From an uncultured candidate division Zixibacteria bacterium (GTDB taxonomy: Bacteria > Zixibacteria > MSB-5A5 > GN15 > FEB-12): a stretch of 64,000 nt of DNA. Of the stretch, positions 8,018 to 16,867 are shown one piece after another; within the stretch, counting starts at the first letter, position 1, and each line of letters starts with the position of its first letter. The notes beneath the pieces were generated by a model that worked only from the letters and a program-made list of their open reading frames with translations, searched no databases and was not told the DNA's origin. The stretch covers positions 3,232,001 through 3,296,000 of the forward strand of contig OY760907.1 in NCBI GenBank assembly GCA_963664195.1. Reading direction: 5' to 3'. The translations under genes and the position numbers were made by a program.

Positions 8018-9544
8018 ATGTATCGAATAATCACTTACGCAGTTATCCTCCTGGCTGCGGCAGCCGGCCTCCAGGCGCAGACCGCCGCTCCGGCCCCCCC
8101 GAGTCGTCCTCTACAGCGCTCGATCTCAGCCTCAGACGCAATCGAAGACTTCCGTCCCACAGGCGAACTCAGGCTGTGGACGTTCTTTGCCAAGCAGAAG
8201 GCTTTTGGCAGACTCAAGTCTGTCGTGAAGGAATCAACCGATATCAACGGCCGGATGGCTGTGGTGTTTGAGGATGAACTCAGCATTGACTACAGTGAAT
8301 TTGGCTCTGATCGCAAAGTGGCAATATCGGGTGAGCAGTATGCCTCCACCAAGGGCGCTTACCTCGGCACCAGTTACAAGATTGGACCGGCAGATTCGGC
8401 TGAATCGCTCGAGTTGAGTCTGAAAGACAAGACCGTCGAGGGGTATTACACTCGTGGCGGCAACAAGATAGAGGCCTCAGTCGATTTCGCAGGTGACATG
8501 TTTGCCTGGGATGCAGATTTTGTTGATCAATTGGAACTCATGCTGGCAATGCGGGACATCTCGGTCGGCGACTCGATCATTGACTCTGTATTTCTGCCAC
8601 AATCTCTTGTCAAATCGAGGGTTATGGGCACCGTAGACTCCTGGGAGTGGAACCAGATATACAAAGGTCGATGGGATTCTGTATTCGTGATCAATCTGAC
8701 CTCTCCACAAAGGTATCAGCTTTGCTTTGCGGCGGACAAGCGACTTATCAAGATCAACATGCTTGATCAGAACCGTCGCGTCTATCTCGATCTCGTCCAG
8801 AAACCCAAACCGGGTGCCGTTGCTCAGCAGAGCCACTCATTCAGTGCCGCCAATCTGGTATTGGCACTGCCACATTATCTCGTCTATTTCCTTGTCGGCG
8901 CAGCAGTCGTGATGTTCCTTGCGGCGGCGGGGAGAGGCTGGCTCAATTCCTACTTGGCACTCATTGCCGGTGGTGTCTTGTTTGCGTTCGTTCCGTTCGT
9001 GCAATTGCCAATCCAGCAATGGATCGCCGAAACGTGGCTGTTTCCTGCCATGAAAGACGGAGGTTCCCTGTACGGCTTGTGGCTGGCCCCCTCGCTTGTT
9101 GCGGGGGTACTTCAGGAAGGTCTGAAACTCGGAGCGCTCGTCTTGATCCTGATGGCTCGCGGCGAAAAGGGGTACCGGTTTGCAGCTGTTGGCGCATTCC
9201 TCGGAGCCGGATTCGGTATTGCGGAGTCGTGCTACGCACTTGGGTTCACCACTACGCCGCTGTTTACCTGGGATCTGCTTGAGAGGACGTTCCTGATCGT
9301 TTTCCATACCGGCTCAGGCGCTCTGCTCGGGTACGCTCTGGATCGCGGCAGAAGTCACCTGACGATGTTCGTAATCCTGACGATCGCACTCAATACACTG
9401 TTGAGGTATTCTCCTCTGTTCGTAAGAGAACAGGCTATCGACGCCGGCCTAATGCACTTCATACAGGCGTTTCTTATAGTCGGCTTCCTGTTTCTTGTGA
9501 TTTCCGTTCTGAAGAGAAAAAACCCACAGGAAGAACCGGCCTGA
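8018..9544 (+). CDS. Exported N-terminal domain fused to YhfC/PrsW-like intramembrane glutamic protease domain
   Basis: Signal peptide; multi-TM C-terminal half with AGVLQEGLK, GAGFGIAES, ERTFLIVFH. Confidence 0.7.
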   Translation: MYRIITYAVILLAAAAGLQAQTAAPAPPSRPLQRSISASDAIEDFRPTGELRLWTFFAKQKAFGRLKSVVKESTDINGRMAVVFEDELSIDYSEFGSDRKVAISGEQYASTKGAYLGTSYKIGPADSAESLELSLKDKTVEGYYTRGGNKIEASVDFAGDMFAWDADFVDQLELMLAMRDISVGDSIIDSVFLPQSLVKSRVMGTVDSWEWNQIYKGRWDSVFVINLTSPQRYQLCFAADKRLIKINMLDQNRRVYLDLVQKPKPGAVAQQSHSFSAANLVLALPHYLVYFLVGAAVVMFLAAAGRGWLNSYLALIAGGVLFAFVPFVQLPIQQWIAETWLFPAMKDGGSLYGLWLAPSLVAGVLQEGLKLGALVLILMARGEKGYRFAAVGAFLGAGFGIAESCYALGFTTTPLFTWDLLERTFLIVFHTGSGALLGYALDRGRSHLTMFVILTIALNTLLRYSPLFVREQAIDAGLMHFIQAFLIVGFLFLVISVLKRKNPQEEPA

Positions 9545-9562
9545 CGGATCCGGCTTTGAATC

Positions 9563-9591
9563 TTGACATGGTATTCGGGCCGTCTTATTAT
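9563..9591 (+). promoter_or_regulatory. Putative sigma-70 promoter of ROK kinase
   Basis: TTGACA-17 nt-TATTAT. Confidence 0.6.
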
Positions 9592-9667
9592 GGCGCTGTT
9601 TGTCGCAAGCGGGGACGCTCCGTTGCGGATTGGCAGAAACTGCTCTTTATCATCGGTTTGATCTAAT

Positions 9668-10636
9668 ATGTCTGACAAGCGCGCCTATGCCGGTATAGAT
9701 ATCGGTGGCACCAACATCAAATACGGTCTTGTTGATACCAGGGGGGAAGTGCTCTTCAAAGAGCAGCGCCCGACTATGGCCTCAAAAGGGGCCGAACCCC
9801 TCTTGCACCTCGTGACCAACATCGCCGAAAGCCTTCTCTACCAGGCCGCCGAGGAAGAGGTTGAGGTTCACGGCCTGGGAGTCGGTACTCCGGGCGCGGT
9901 TGACAACAAAACCGGCACTGTTATCGGACTTTCACCCAACATCGCGGGCTGGAGGGGAACCGCCATCGGCGAAACCCTGCGCAACCGCCTCAATATGCCC
10001 GTTTGGGTTGACAACGACGTCAACGCCATGGCGCTGGCCGAATCACGTTTCGGCGCTGGTGTCGGCTATAACTCTCTGGTATGCGTGGCCATTGGCACCG
10101 GTGTCGGCGGGGGCATTGTCATCGACGGCAAACTCTGGCGCGGCGGTAACCACACTGCCGGCGAAATAGGTCATCTCTCTATCGATTACGAAGGCAACGA
10201 CTGCCGATGCGGCCGAAAAGGCTGTCTTGAGACCTATTGTTCGTCTTCGGCCATACTGAAAAGGGCCAAAAAGAAACTCAACGGAAGACTCACGCCCGTG
10301 TTTGAGAATGTCCTCGAAGGCGACATCGAGAACCTTAAGATCAAAAAACTGTTTGCTGCAGTCCGAAAAGGGGACGAAATCGCCCTCGAGGTTATCAACG
10401 AGACGGCCGGCCTTCTGGCCGAAGGATTGGCGGGAGTTGTGAACCTTTTGAACCCCGAGATCGTAGTAATAGGGGGAGGGGTCGCTGACGGCGGCGGCGG
10501 GTTTGTCGAGGCGGTGTCCGCAGAGATACGCAAACGGGCTTTTGATACGGCCACGGAGAATCTTCGCGTTGCCAAAGCGACGCTCGGTAATAATGCCGGA
10601 TTTATTGGTGCCGGGATGCTCGGCGATTTTGCGTAG
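9668..10636 (+). CDS. ROK family sugar kinase (glucokinase-like)
   Basis: GIDIGGT, DNDVN, GTGVGGG, GEIGH, CRCGRKGCLE. Confidence 0.93.
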   Translation: MSDKRAYAGIDIGGTNIKYGLVDTRGEVLFKEQRPTMASKGAEPLLHLVTNIAESLLYQAAEEEVEVHGLGVGTPGAVDNKTGTVIGLSPNIAGWRGTAIGETLRNRLNMPVWVDNDVNAMALAESRFGAGVGYNSLVCVAIGTGVGGGIVIDGKLWRGGNHTAGEIGHLSIDYEGNDCRCGRKGCLETYCSSSAILKRAKKKLNGRLTPVFENVLEGDIENLKIKKLFAAVRKGDEIALEVINETAGLLAEGLAGVVNLLNPEIVVIGGGVADGGGGFVEAVSAEIRKRAFDTATENLRVAKATLGNNAGFIGAGMLGDFA

Positions 10637-10650
10637 CTCGAACCCAAAGG

Positions 10651-11034
10651 ATGACCATGTCACAGTCTGAAGACCAAAAACGCTCACCATTGTTTACCGT
10701 TGCAAAATGGTACGGCTACGTGTTCGCCATCATGTTCACGCTCTACGGCGGCCTCAAAATCGTCCTCGGATTCCTCGACCGGAACACCACCGGCTGGCAG
10801 GAGTGGATGATGTTTGCGATGCTCGGCGTGGTTGTGGCGGTAATTTGCTTTGCTTTCCGCGACGGTAAAACGTGGGGATGGTACGGCATGATCGGTTTTA
10901 ACGGCCTTGTCGTGCTGCTGGCTTTGTTTGGATTGAGTCAGTCGATGAACATCATATTGTTGGTTTGTTCGCTGGGTATGATTGGTCTTTTGTTCCATCC
11001 GCAGACGAAACAAGAGATTTTCAGCCACCGCTAA
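10651..11034 (+). CDS. Hypothetical four-TM membrane protein
   Basis: Four hydrophobic segments; follows ROK gene by 14 nt. Confidence 0.65.
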   Translation: MTMSQSEDQKRSPLFTVAKWYGYVFAIMFTLYGGLKIVLGFLDRNTTGWQEWMMFAMLGVVVAVICFAFRDGKTWGWYGMIGFNGLVVLLALFGLSQSMNIILLVCSLGMIGLLFHPQTKQEIFSHR

Positions 11035-11093
11035 TTATCTATTGACATCCCGCCGAATCTGCATATTTTGCCAATTCTCGATTCTAAATCGAT

Positions 11094-11166
<73 letters not shown>

Positions 11167-11216
11167 CTTTTTTTTGCCCAATTCAGCGTTTACAGCCCGC
11201 CACGCAACATCTCTTC

Positions 11217-11572
11217 GTAGGGCAGGTTTGTCTTCAAACCTGCCAGGTGCGCATTGTTCGCGGCAAAGGTCACCGCCACGAATGGCTGTCTTCAAACCTG
11301 CCGATCTCTTGTAGGGTGGAACCCTTTAGCGGTTCCGCCGGAATGAGAGTCGCCTTTGCGAACAATGGCAGAACCGCTTCGATGATGTGGAGTGATCTGT
11401 GATTTCATCTATTCGGGTTCTGCCCTACAGTTACTCCTTCGTAGGTCAGGCCTGTCTTCAGGCCTGACAGGAAAGCGAGTCTTTTCGTAGGGAAGGTCCG
11501 TCTTCGGACCTGCCATTCTCTTGTAGATCGGGGTTCCGAGTCGCGCAAACCATGCGCGGTGAGAAACCCGAC
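11217..11572. repeat. Cluster of GTAG-type REP-like palindromes
   Basis: GTAG+hairpin at 11217, 11311, 11441, 11487, 11523; inverted copy ending CTAC at 11428; TCTT loop recurrent. Confidence 0.8.
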
Positions 11573-11587
11573 ATCTTCTTGGTCTCG

Positions 11588-11634
11588 GCAATCGCGTCAC
11601 ACTGAGCCTGTCGAAGTGTGCGTCGCGCGATTGC
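11588..11634. repeat. CTGAGCCTGTCGAAG-core palindromic intergenic repeat
   Basis: GCAATCGCG..CACAC-TGAGCCTGTCGAA-GTGTG..CGCGATTGC. Confidence 0.6.
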
Positions 11635-11789
11635 TTCTCACGGAATTACCCAAACCCCTTGCTTCTCCGCCCGCCAATCCCTATCTTAAGGACAAACAAG
11701 TCGTCATTCGGGGAGGCTTTTCTGTGGTACTCTATTGTGGTTCTGCTGGTCCTGTCACCTGTTTGGGTGGTCATCTGCCACCGCAAGCG

Positions 11790-12552
11790 TCTGAGGATAG
11801 TGTTTGGCCATCAACGGCTCAAGGCACTGCACAACTTCTTACCAACAACCTATGGACGCAGGGCGTTTTGGCCGCGACGGTATTAGCGTTCATTCTGTTG
11901 TGGTGTTTCCGTCTTGTAGGTAGGCCATTCGACGACCAATGGATAGCGATATTTGAGCGTTGAAGGTTTCGGGTTCCTTGCCGACATCGTACTGTTTGGT
12001 GTCTTCATGACCATCCTGCAGGAACGGAGGGAGCGGAAACGCACGATTCGCGAGTATCAAAACCTACTTGTCGACTTCATCCCCTGGGAGAGCCAGGAAG
12101 GTGTGCTCCGAAAGGTCGGAATTATCAAACGGCTGAACGAAATGAGGGCACCGCTGCCTAACATGTGGAGCATTCACTTGGAGAAGGCGGATATTGAGCG
12201 TGTCGACCTCCGCAGGGCGAGCATGCGCAGCGCCAATCTTCAGAACGCTAAGCTTGGAGGAGCCGATCTTGAGGGAGCGGACCTTGCGCTTGCCCGACTG
12301 GAGGGAGCGAAGTTACAAAGCGCCATCCTGAAGGGGGCTGATCTACTTGAGGCCAAGCTGTACTCGGCCGACATGGAAGAGGCCGACCTGAGGGGACTTG
12401 GCTGATCTAGCCTTGTCCGATCTCCATGGTGCAGATTTGCTATTGACCAGACTGGAGGGGGCAAAGAACCTCACACTGTTAAACAGATAAAGCGGGCCTT
12501 CCGTTGGGAGTATGCGTTCCTCCCAAACGATCTCCAAGATGAGTTGACCTGA
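11790..12552 (+). pseudogene. Frameshifted membrane-anchored pentapeptide-repeat protein
   Basis: A(D/N/K)Lxx repeats in 11953..12405 continue in other frames; TM segment upstream in another frame; 5' end approximate. Confidence 0.75.
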
Positions 12553-12615
12553 ACCGACGGCTGGTTACAGAGGGAAGACGACAGAGGCCGCGTCTATTGG
12601 TACAACCCCAATCGT

Positions 12616-12643
12616 GGCAGGTTTGAACACAAAACTGCCCTAC
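12616..12643 (-). repeat. GTAG-type REP copy (inverted)
   Basis: Reverse complement GTAG-GGCAGTTTTG-TGTT-CAAACCTGCC, near-identical to the 11217 copy. Confidence 0.75.
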
Positions 12644-12648
12644 CCAAC

Positions 12649-13065
12649 TCACCCACACCCATCGCACAATCCACACGCCTTGATCTTGTCTGTCAGCACC
12701 TCCAAGTGCACCGTCGCGACAATAGTCACGTCGTCCGGACCGTAATCGACAGACTCAATCGTCAACAATCGCGACTGCTCGTCGCTCGCATCGCCACCGA
12801 AAACCGCCAGCGCGGCCTGAAGAGAAAACAGGTGCTTCAACCGCAAATACTCCAGCACATCATCTGAGCCGTCAGTGTCCGCAACAACCGTCTCGGCGCG
12901 CAGAGCGAGCACTTCGTCAGCCGTGCGGTGCTTCACAAGCTCACGGATCAACCCGCGTCCCGCTACGCTTCCGCCACAGGTCTGCTTGGTCAGTTCATAG
13001 CCGATAACGCGGTCTTCGTGATCGAGCGTAAGGCTAAGCCGTTCTGTAACATCGGAACAGGGCAT
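12649..13065 (-). CDS. Cys-containing hypothetical protein, IscU/SufU-like pattern with C-terminal CxxCxxC
   Basis: MPCSDV, TCGGSV, ELVKHRTADEVLAL, CGLCDGC. Confidence 0.6.
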   Translation of the reverse strand: MPCSDVTERLSLTLDHEDRVIGYELTKQTCGGSVAGRGLIRELVKHRTADEVLALRAETVVADTDGSDDVLEYLRLKHLFSLQAALAVFGGDASDEQSRLLTIESVDYGPDDVTIVATVHLEVLTDKIKACGLCDGCG

Positions 13066-13267
13066 AAATGAAGGACCGCAATAATCCACGAAGAGTCAAG
13101 CGATTGTTTCGTACGCAAGTCATTGCAGTCTATCGGCATTACGGCGATTGGGGTTGAAATCCGGCCCGGGATTCCTTATATTGAAGAACCAGAAGTAGTT
13201 ATTTATTGCGTTTGAGTGTGCCCCGCCGTGCAGCATCGGGCACACATAGAGTCGAGAGGAGTGACTT

Positions 13268-14476
13268 GTGATTACAGGCATGCAGGAAAAAGTACATCCT
13301 GAAAAATGGAAAATAGCATCACATGTTCTGGACCTTGAGACTTCCATTATCAGGGAGATCCTCAAGTTCTCGTCCCAACCGGGCGTTATATCTTTTGCGG
13401 GTGGTCTGCCCGCCCCCGAAATGTTCCCCCTCGATGATATCAAGCGTATTGCCGCCGAAGTCATCGATACCTACGGTCCCACCGCCGTTCAGTACGGTAT
13501 CTCTCGCGGTGTCGTGCCGTTCCGTGAGCTAATCGCACAGCGAGCCACGGATCATGGTACGCCGACCAAAGCTGATAACGTACTCATTACATCCGGTTCG
13601 CAGCAGGGTATCGAACTGCTCGCCCGCGCTTTCATTGAACCCGGTGATTACATTCTTACCGAGAACCCGACTTATGTCGGCGCTCTTCAGGCGTTCAACT
13701 ACTATCGGGCCCGGTATTGCACTGTGCCGATGGACCACGACGGTATGATTGTCGACGAAGTTGCCGCTACAATCGAAAAGTATAAGCCGAAAATGATCTA
13801 TACCGTGTCGAATTTCCAGAATCCGACCGGCGTCACGATGACCGAGGATCGTCGGAGACAGTTGATCGAGATTGCTGCCGGCTACAACATTCCGGTTATC
13901 GACGACAACCCCTACAGTGACATTCGATTCGCCGGTAAGCATTTGCCGACCATGAAGTCGTTTGGCGGCGACGAAGTCATCGCCCTGCGCACCTTCTCGA
14001 AGACGGTGGCGCCGGGGTTCCGCATCGGCTGGATGAACGGACCGGAGAAGATCATCGCGCAGTTCGAGAAAGTTAAACAGTGCGCCGACCTTCATACCAG
14101 CACCTACTCACAATATGTCATTTACGAGTTCCTGAAGCAGGGTCTGCTGGAGCCGCATATCGAGAGGATCAAGGCCGACTATCTTGCCAAACGCAACGTG
14201 ATGTTTGAGGCCATGAAAGAGCACTTTGCCTCCGGGATTACCTGGACCAAACCCGAGGGCGGTCTGTTCCTCTGGGTGACGCTTCCCGAAAGTGTGTCGG
14301 CGAAAGTGCTGTTCCCCAAGGCAATTGAACTGAAGGTCGCCTACGTTCCGGGTTATCCGTTCTTCCCGAACGGGGGAGGCGACAATACGCTGAGGCTCAA
14401 CTTCTCCAACTGCACCCACGACGGCATTCGTGAAGGTATCCAGCGTCTGGGCAAGCTCTTCAAGGAGAACATGTAG
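13268..14476 (+). CDS. PLP-dependent class I aminotransferase (LysN/Aro8-like)
   Basis: ISFAGGLP, ITSGSQQG, NFQNPTG, DDNPY, TFSKTVAPGFRIGW, PEGGLF. Confidence 0.9.
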   Translation: MITGMQEKVHPEKWKIASHVLDLETSIIREILKFSSQPGVISFAGGLPAPEMFPLDDIKRIAAEVIDTYGPTAVQYGISRGVVPFRELIAQRATDHGTPTKADNVLITSGSQQGIELLARAFIEPGDYILTENPTYVGALQAFNYYRARYCTVPMDHDGMIVDEVAATIEKYKPKMIYTVSNFQNPTGVTMTEDRRRQLIEIAAGYNIPVIDDNPYSDIRFAGKHLPTMKSFGGDEVIALRTFSKTVAPGFRIGWMNGPEKIIAQFEKVKQCADLHTSTYSQYVIYEFLKQGLLEPHIERIKADYLAKRNVMFEAMKEHFASGITWTKPEGGLFLWVTLPESVSAKVLFPKAIELKVAYVPGYPFFPNGGGDNTLRLNFSNCTHDGIREGIQRLGKLFKENM

Positions 14477-14498
14477 GACGCAGATAGAGCTACGAAGG

Positions 14499-14525
14499 AA
14501 AACCCGCCTTCGGGCGGGTTTTTTT
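14499..14525 (+). terminator. Intrinsic terminator
   Basis: AAAACCCGCC-TTCG-GGCGGGTTTTTTT. Confidence 0.9.
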
Positions 14526-14564
14526 ATTGCCCGCCTTTGCAGGTGAACGCTTAATAGACGCATC

Positions 14565-15404
14565 ATGAAAATAGCATTCAAGAAATACCACGCTCTTGGA
14601 AACGACTTCATCATTCCAGACATGACCACAGCTCGTGTGTCCAAGAATCGTATTCCCGAACTGGCCGGAACCATCTGCGACCGACGCTCCGGCGTTGGTG
14701 CTGATGGCATCCTCGTGCTCGGCAAAAGCAAAGCTGCCGACATCAAGCTCGATATCTTCAACGCCGACGGCAGTTGGGCCGAAAAAAGCGGCAACGGCCT
14801 GAGGATTTGTGCGGTACACATCGCCTCGTCATCTCGCAAACGCAGCTTCCTGATCGAAACCGGCACGTCTGTCGACAAGGCCCGTCTGGGCAGCAAGGTT
14901 CGCGGCGGACATATCGTCACAACTGAGCTTGGACAGCCTGAGTTTGCAGCCAAGAGAGTGCCCGTCAGATCGCGCCAGAAGTTCATCATCAACAGTCCGG
15001 TCAAAATCGGCACGGTTGAGCTTCCCATGACCTGCCTCGCAGTGGGCAATCCCCACGCGGTGATTCTCGTTGAAGACTTTGATTTCGATTGGAAAACACT
15101 CGGTGAAGAGATCGAACACGCCAAACCGTTCCCCAACGATACAAACGTAGAGTTCGTCCGTGTGCTCAGTCGCAAAAAAGTGCGTGTGGCCGAATGGGAA
15201 CGCGGCGCCGGAGCCACCGGCTCATCCGGTACCGGCGCGGGGGCGGTTGTCGCCACAATGGTCACGCTCGGCCTTGTCGATCGGGTCTGCGAAGTACAGT
15301 TCGATCTCGGCTCGCTCATAGTCGAATGGAGGACGACAGACGACGTCCTCGAATTGACCGGCCCGGTGCAGTTCGTCATGGAAGGAGTATTTGATTTCCG
15401 ATGA
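14565..15404 (+). CDS. dapF: Diaminopimelate epimerase family protein (both catalytic Cys replaced by Ser)
   Basis: KYHALGNDF, GVGADG, EKSGNG, VGNPH, TNVEF, WERGAG, SSGTG, LTGP. Confidence 0.85.
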   Translation: MKIAFKKYHALGNDFIIPDMTTARVSKNRIPELAGTICDRRSGVGADGILVLGKSKAADIKLDIFNADGSWAEKSGNGLRICAVHIASSSRKRSFLIETGTSVDKARLGSKVRGGHIVTTELGQPEFAAKRVPVRSRQKFIINSPVKIGTVELPMTCLAVGNPHAVILVEDFDFDWKTLGEEIEHAKPFPNDTNVEFVRVLSRKKVRVAEWERGAGATGSSGTGAGAVVATMVTLGLVDRVCEVQFDLGSLIVEWRTTDDVLELTGPVQFVMEGVFDFR

Positions 15405-16867
15405 TCTCCTTTAACGAAGTTTCCAAACTCAATCGCAAGGGCAACATCATCCCGCTGCATGTGCGCATACCTTCCGATCTCGAAACACCCGTCTCGGCGT
15501 ACATGAAGCTGGCCCTTCGCAAGCGACAATCCTTTCTGCTGGAGTCAATCGAAGGCGGGGAGAAGCTCGCCCGCTATTCGTTCATTGGGTTCGATCCGTT
15601 CCTGCAAATAGAAGGCAAGTCCGATCAGACCGTACTAAGAAAGGGACGCTCCCACAAATCCATCAACGTCCCACCCATTGAGATACTCGATGAACTTTTC
15701 GCCGTCTACAAGCCAATCCGCGTCGAGGGCCTGCCACGGTTCACCGGCGGGGGAGTGGGTGTTTTCAGCTACGATACTGTGCGATGGGTCGAGAACGTCC
15801 CCGACGACAATCCTGACGAGATCGGCATGCCGGACATGTTGTTCGGCATGTACGCCAACCTGGTTGTGTTTGATCATCTGCGCCAGGAGATAGTGGTCAT
15901 TGCGAATATCCTTCACGATCACGGCCACCCCGGATTGAAGGCAAAGTACCAGCAGGCGAAGGCTCATATTGAGACCGTCGTCAAGAGACTACAGGCCCCG
16001 CTTCGCAAACCAAAAGCATTGGTGCTCAGCAAAAGAAGCAGGGTTGAGTCGCTGACTGCCCGTAAGGATTTCGAGTCTTCTGTCCGGCGGGCGAAGAAGT
16101 ATATCAAAGAAGGCGATATCTTCCAGGTCGTGCTCTCACAGCGCTGGCAGATCGAATCGGAACAGTCACCGCTGGAGGTGTATCGCCGACTGCGCAGGAT
16201 TAACCCTTCGCCGTACATGTTTCTGCTCAATTTCGGCGACAAGTCGGTAGTAGGTTCCTCGCCGGAAATGATGGTCCGTGTTGAGAACGGTGAAATTGAA
16301 ACGCGCCCCATCGCCGGCACTCGCCCAAGAGGAAAAACTGACGCCGAGGATGAAGCACGTATCGCCGACCTCCTCACCGACGAAAAGGAACTCGCCGAAC
16401 ACACGATGCTGCTTGATCTCGGACGGAACGACATTGGCCGCGTGAGCGACCCGGGCACGGTGCGTATCAAGGACCGAATGATTGTCGAAAAATACTCGCA
16501 CGTGATTCATATTGTCAGCTCGGTAGTCGGCAAGTTGCAGGATGGAGTGACGCCCCTCGACGGCCTGTTCGCCTGTTTCCCCGCCGGCACCGTCTCTGGC
16601 GCACCCAAGATTCGGGCAATGGAAATCATCGACGAACAAGAGACACTCCGACGCGGTGTGTATGCAGGAGCAGTCGCATATCTGGATTTCTACGGCAATC
16701 TTGATTCCTGTATTGCTATAAGAACAGTGGTAAATGCGAAGGGACACTACTATGTGCAAGCCGGTGCCGGGATCGTGGCGGATTCCAAACCAGCCCGCGA
16801 GTTCAAAGAAACAGAAACAAAAGCAGCGCCACTCATTGAGGCCATCGCCGGAGAGGTCGACCGATGA
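15401..16867 (+). CDS. trpE: Anthranilate synthase component I
   Basis: DLETPVS, FLLES, GDIFQVVLS, SSPE, RPIAGT, FPAGTVSGAPK. Confidence 0.95.
   Translation: MISFNEVSKLNRKGNIIPLHVRIPSDLETPVSAYMKLALRKRQSFLLESIEGGEKLARYSFIGFDPFLQIEGKSDQTVLRKGRSHKSINVPPIEILDELFAVYKPIRVEGLPRFTGGGVGVFSYDTVRWVENVPDDNPDEIGMPDMLFGMYANLVVFDHLRQEIVVIANILHDHGHPGLKAKYQQAKAHIETVVKRLQAPLRKPKALVLSKRSRVESLTARKDFESSVRRAKKYIKEGDIFQVVLSQRWQIESEQSPLEVYRRLRRINPSPYMFLLNFGDKSVVGSSPEMMVRVENGEIETRPIAGTRPRGKTDAEDEARIADLLTDEKELAEHTMLLDLGRNDIGRVSDPGTVRIKDRMIVEKYSHVIHIVSSVVGKLQDGVTPLDGLFACFPAGTVSGAPKIRAMEIIDEQETLRRGVYAGAVAYLDFYGNLDSCIAIRTVVNAKGHYYVQAGAGIVADSKPAREFKETETKAAPLIEAIAGEVDR

Noticed and set aside
11217..11572. Repeat cluster as a CRISPR array
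   Set aside because: Units differ in sequence, spacing and orientation; no cas genes; fits GTAG-REP better
12640..12651. TGA after CGLCDGCG as selenocysteine with a downstream hairpin
   Set aside because: Readthrough adds only VG before TAG, and the hairpin is a REP copy rather than a recognisable SECIS
14499..14535. Alternative pairing of GCCCGCC (14529-14535) with the terminator 3' arm as a trp attenuator
   Set aside because: The competing strand lies downstream of the U-tract, and there is no leader peptide
14108..15529. 473-aa minus-strand ORF
   Set aside because: Antisense shadow of the aminotransferase, dapF and trpE; no motifs
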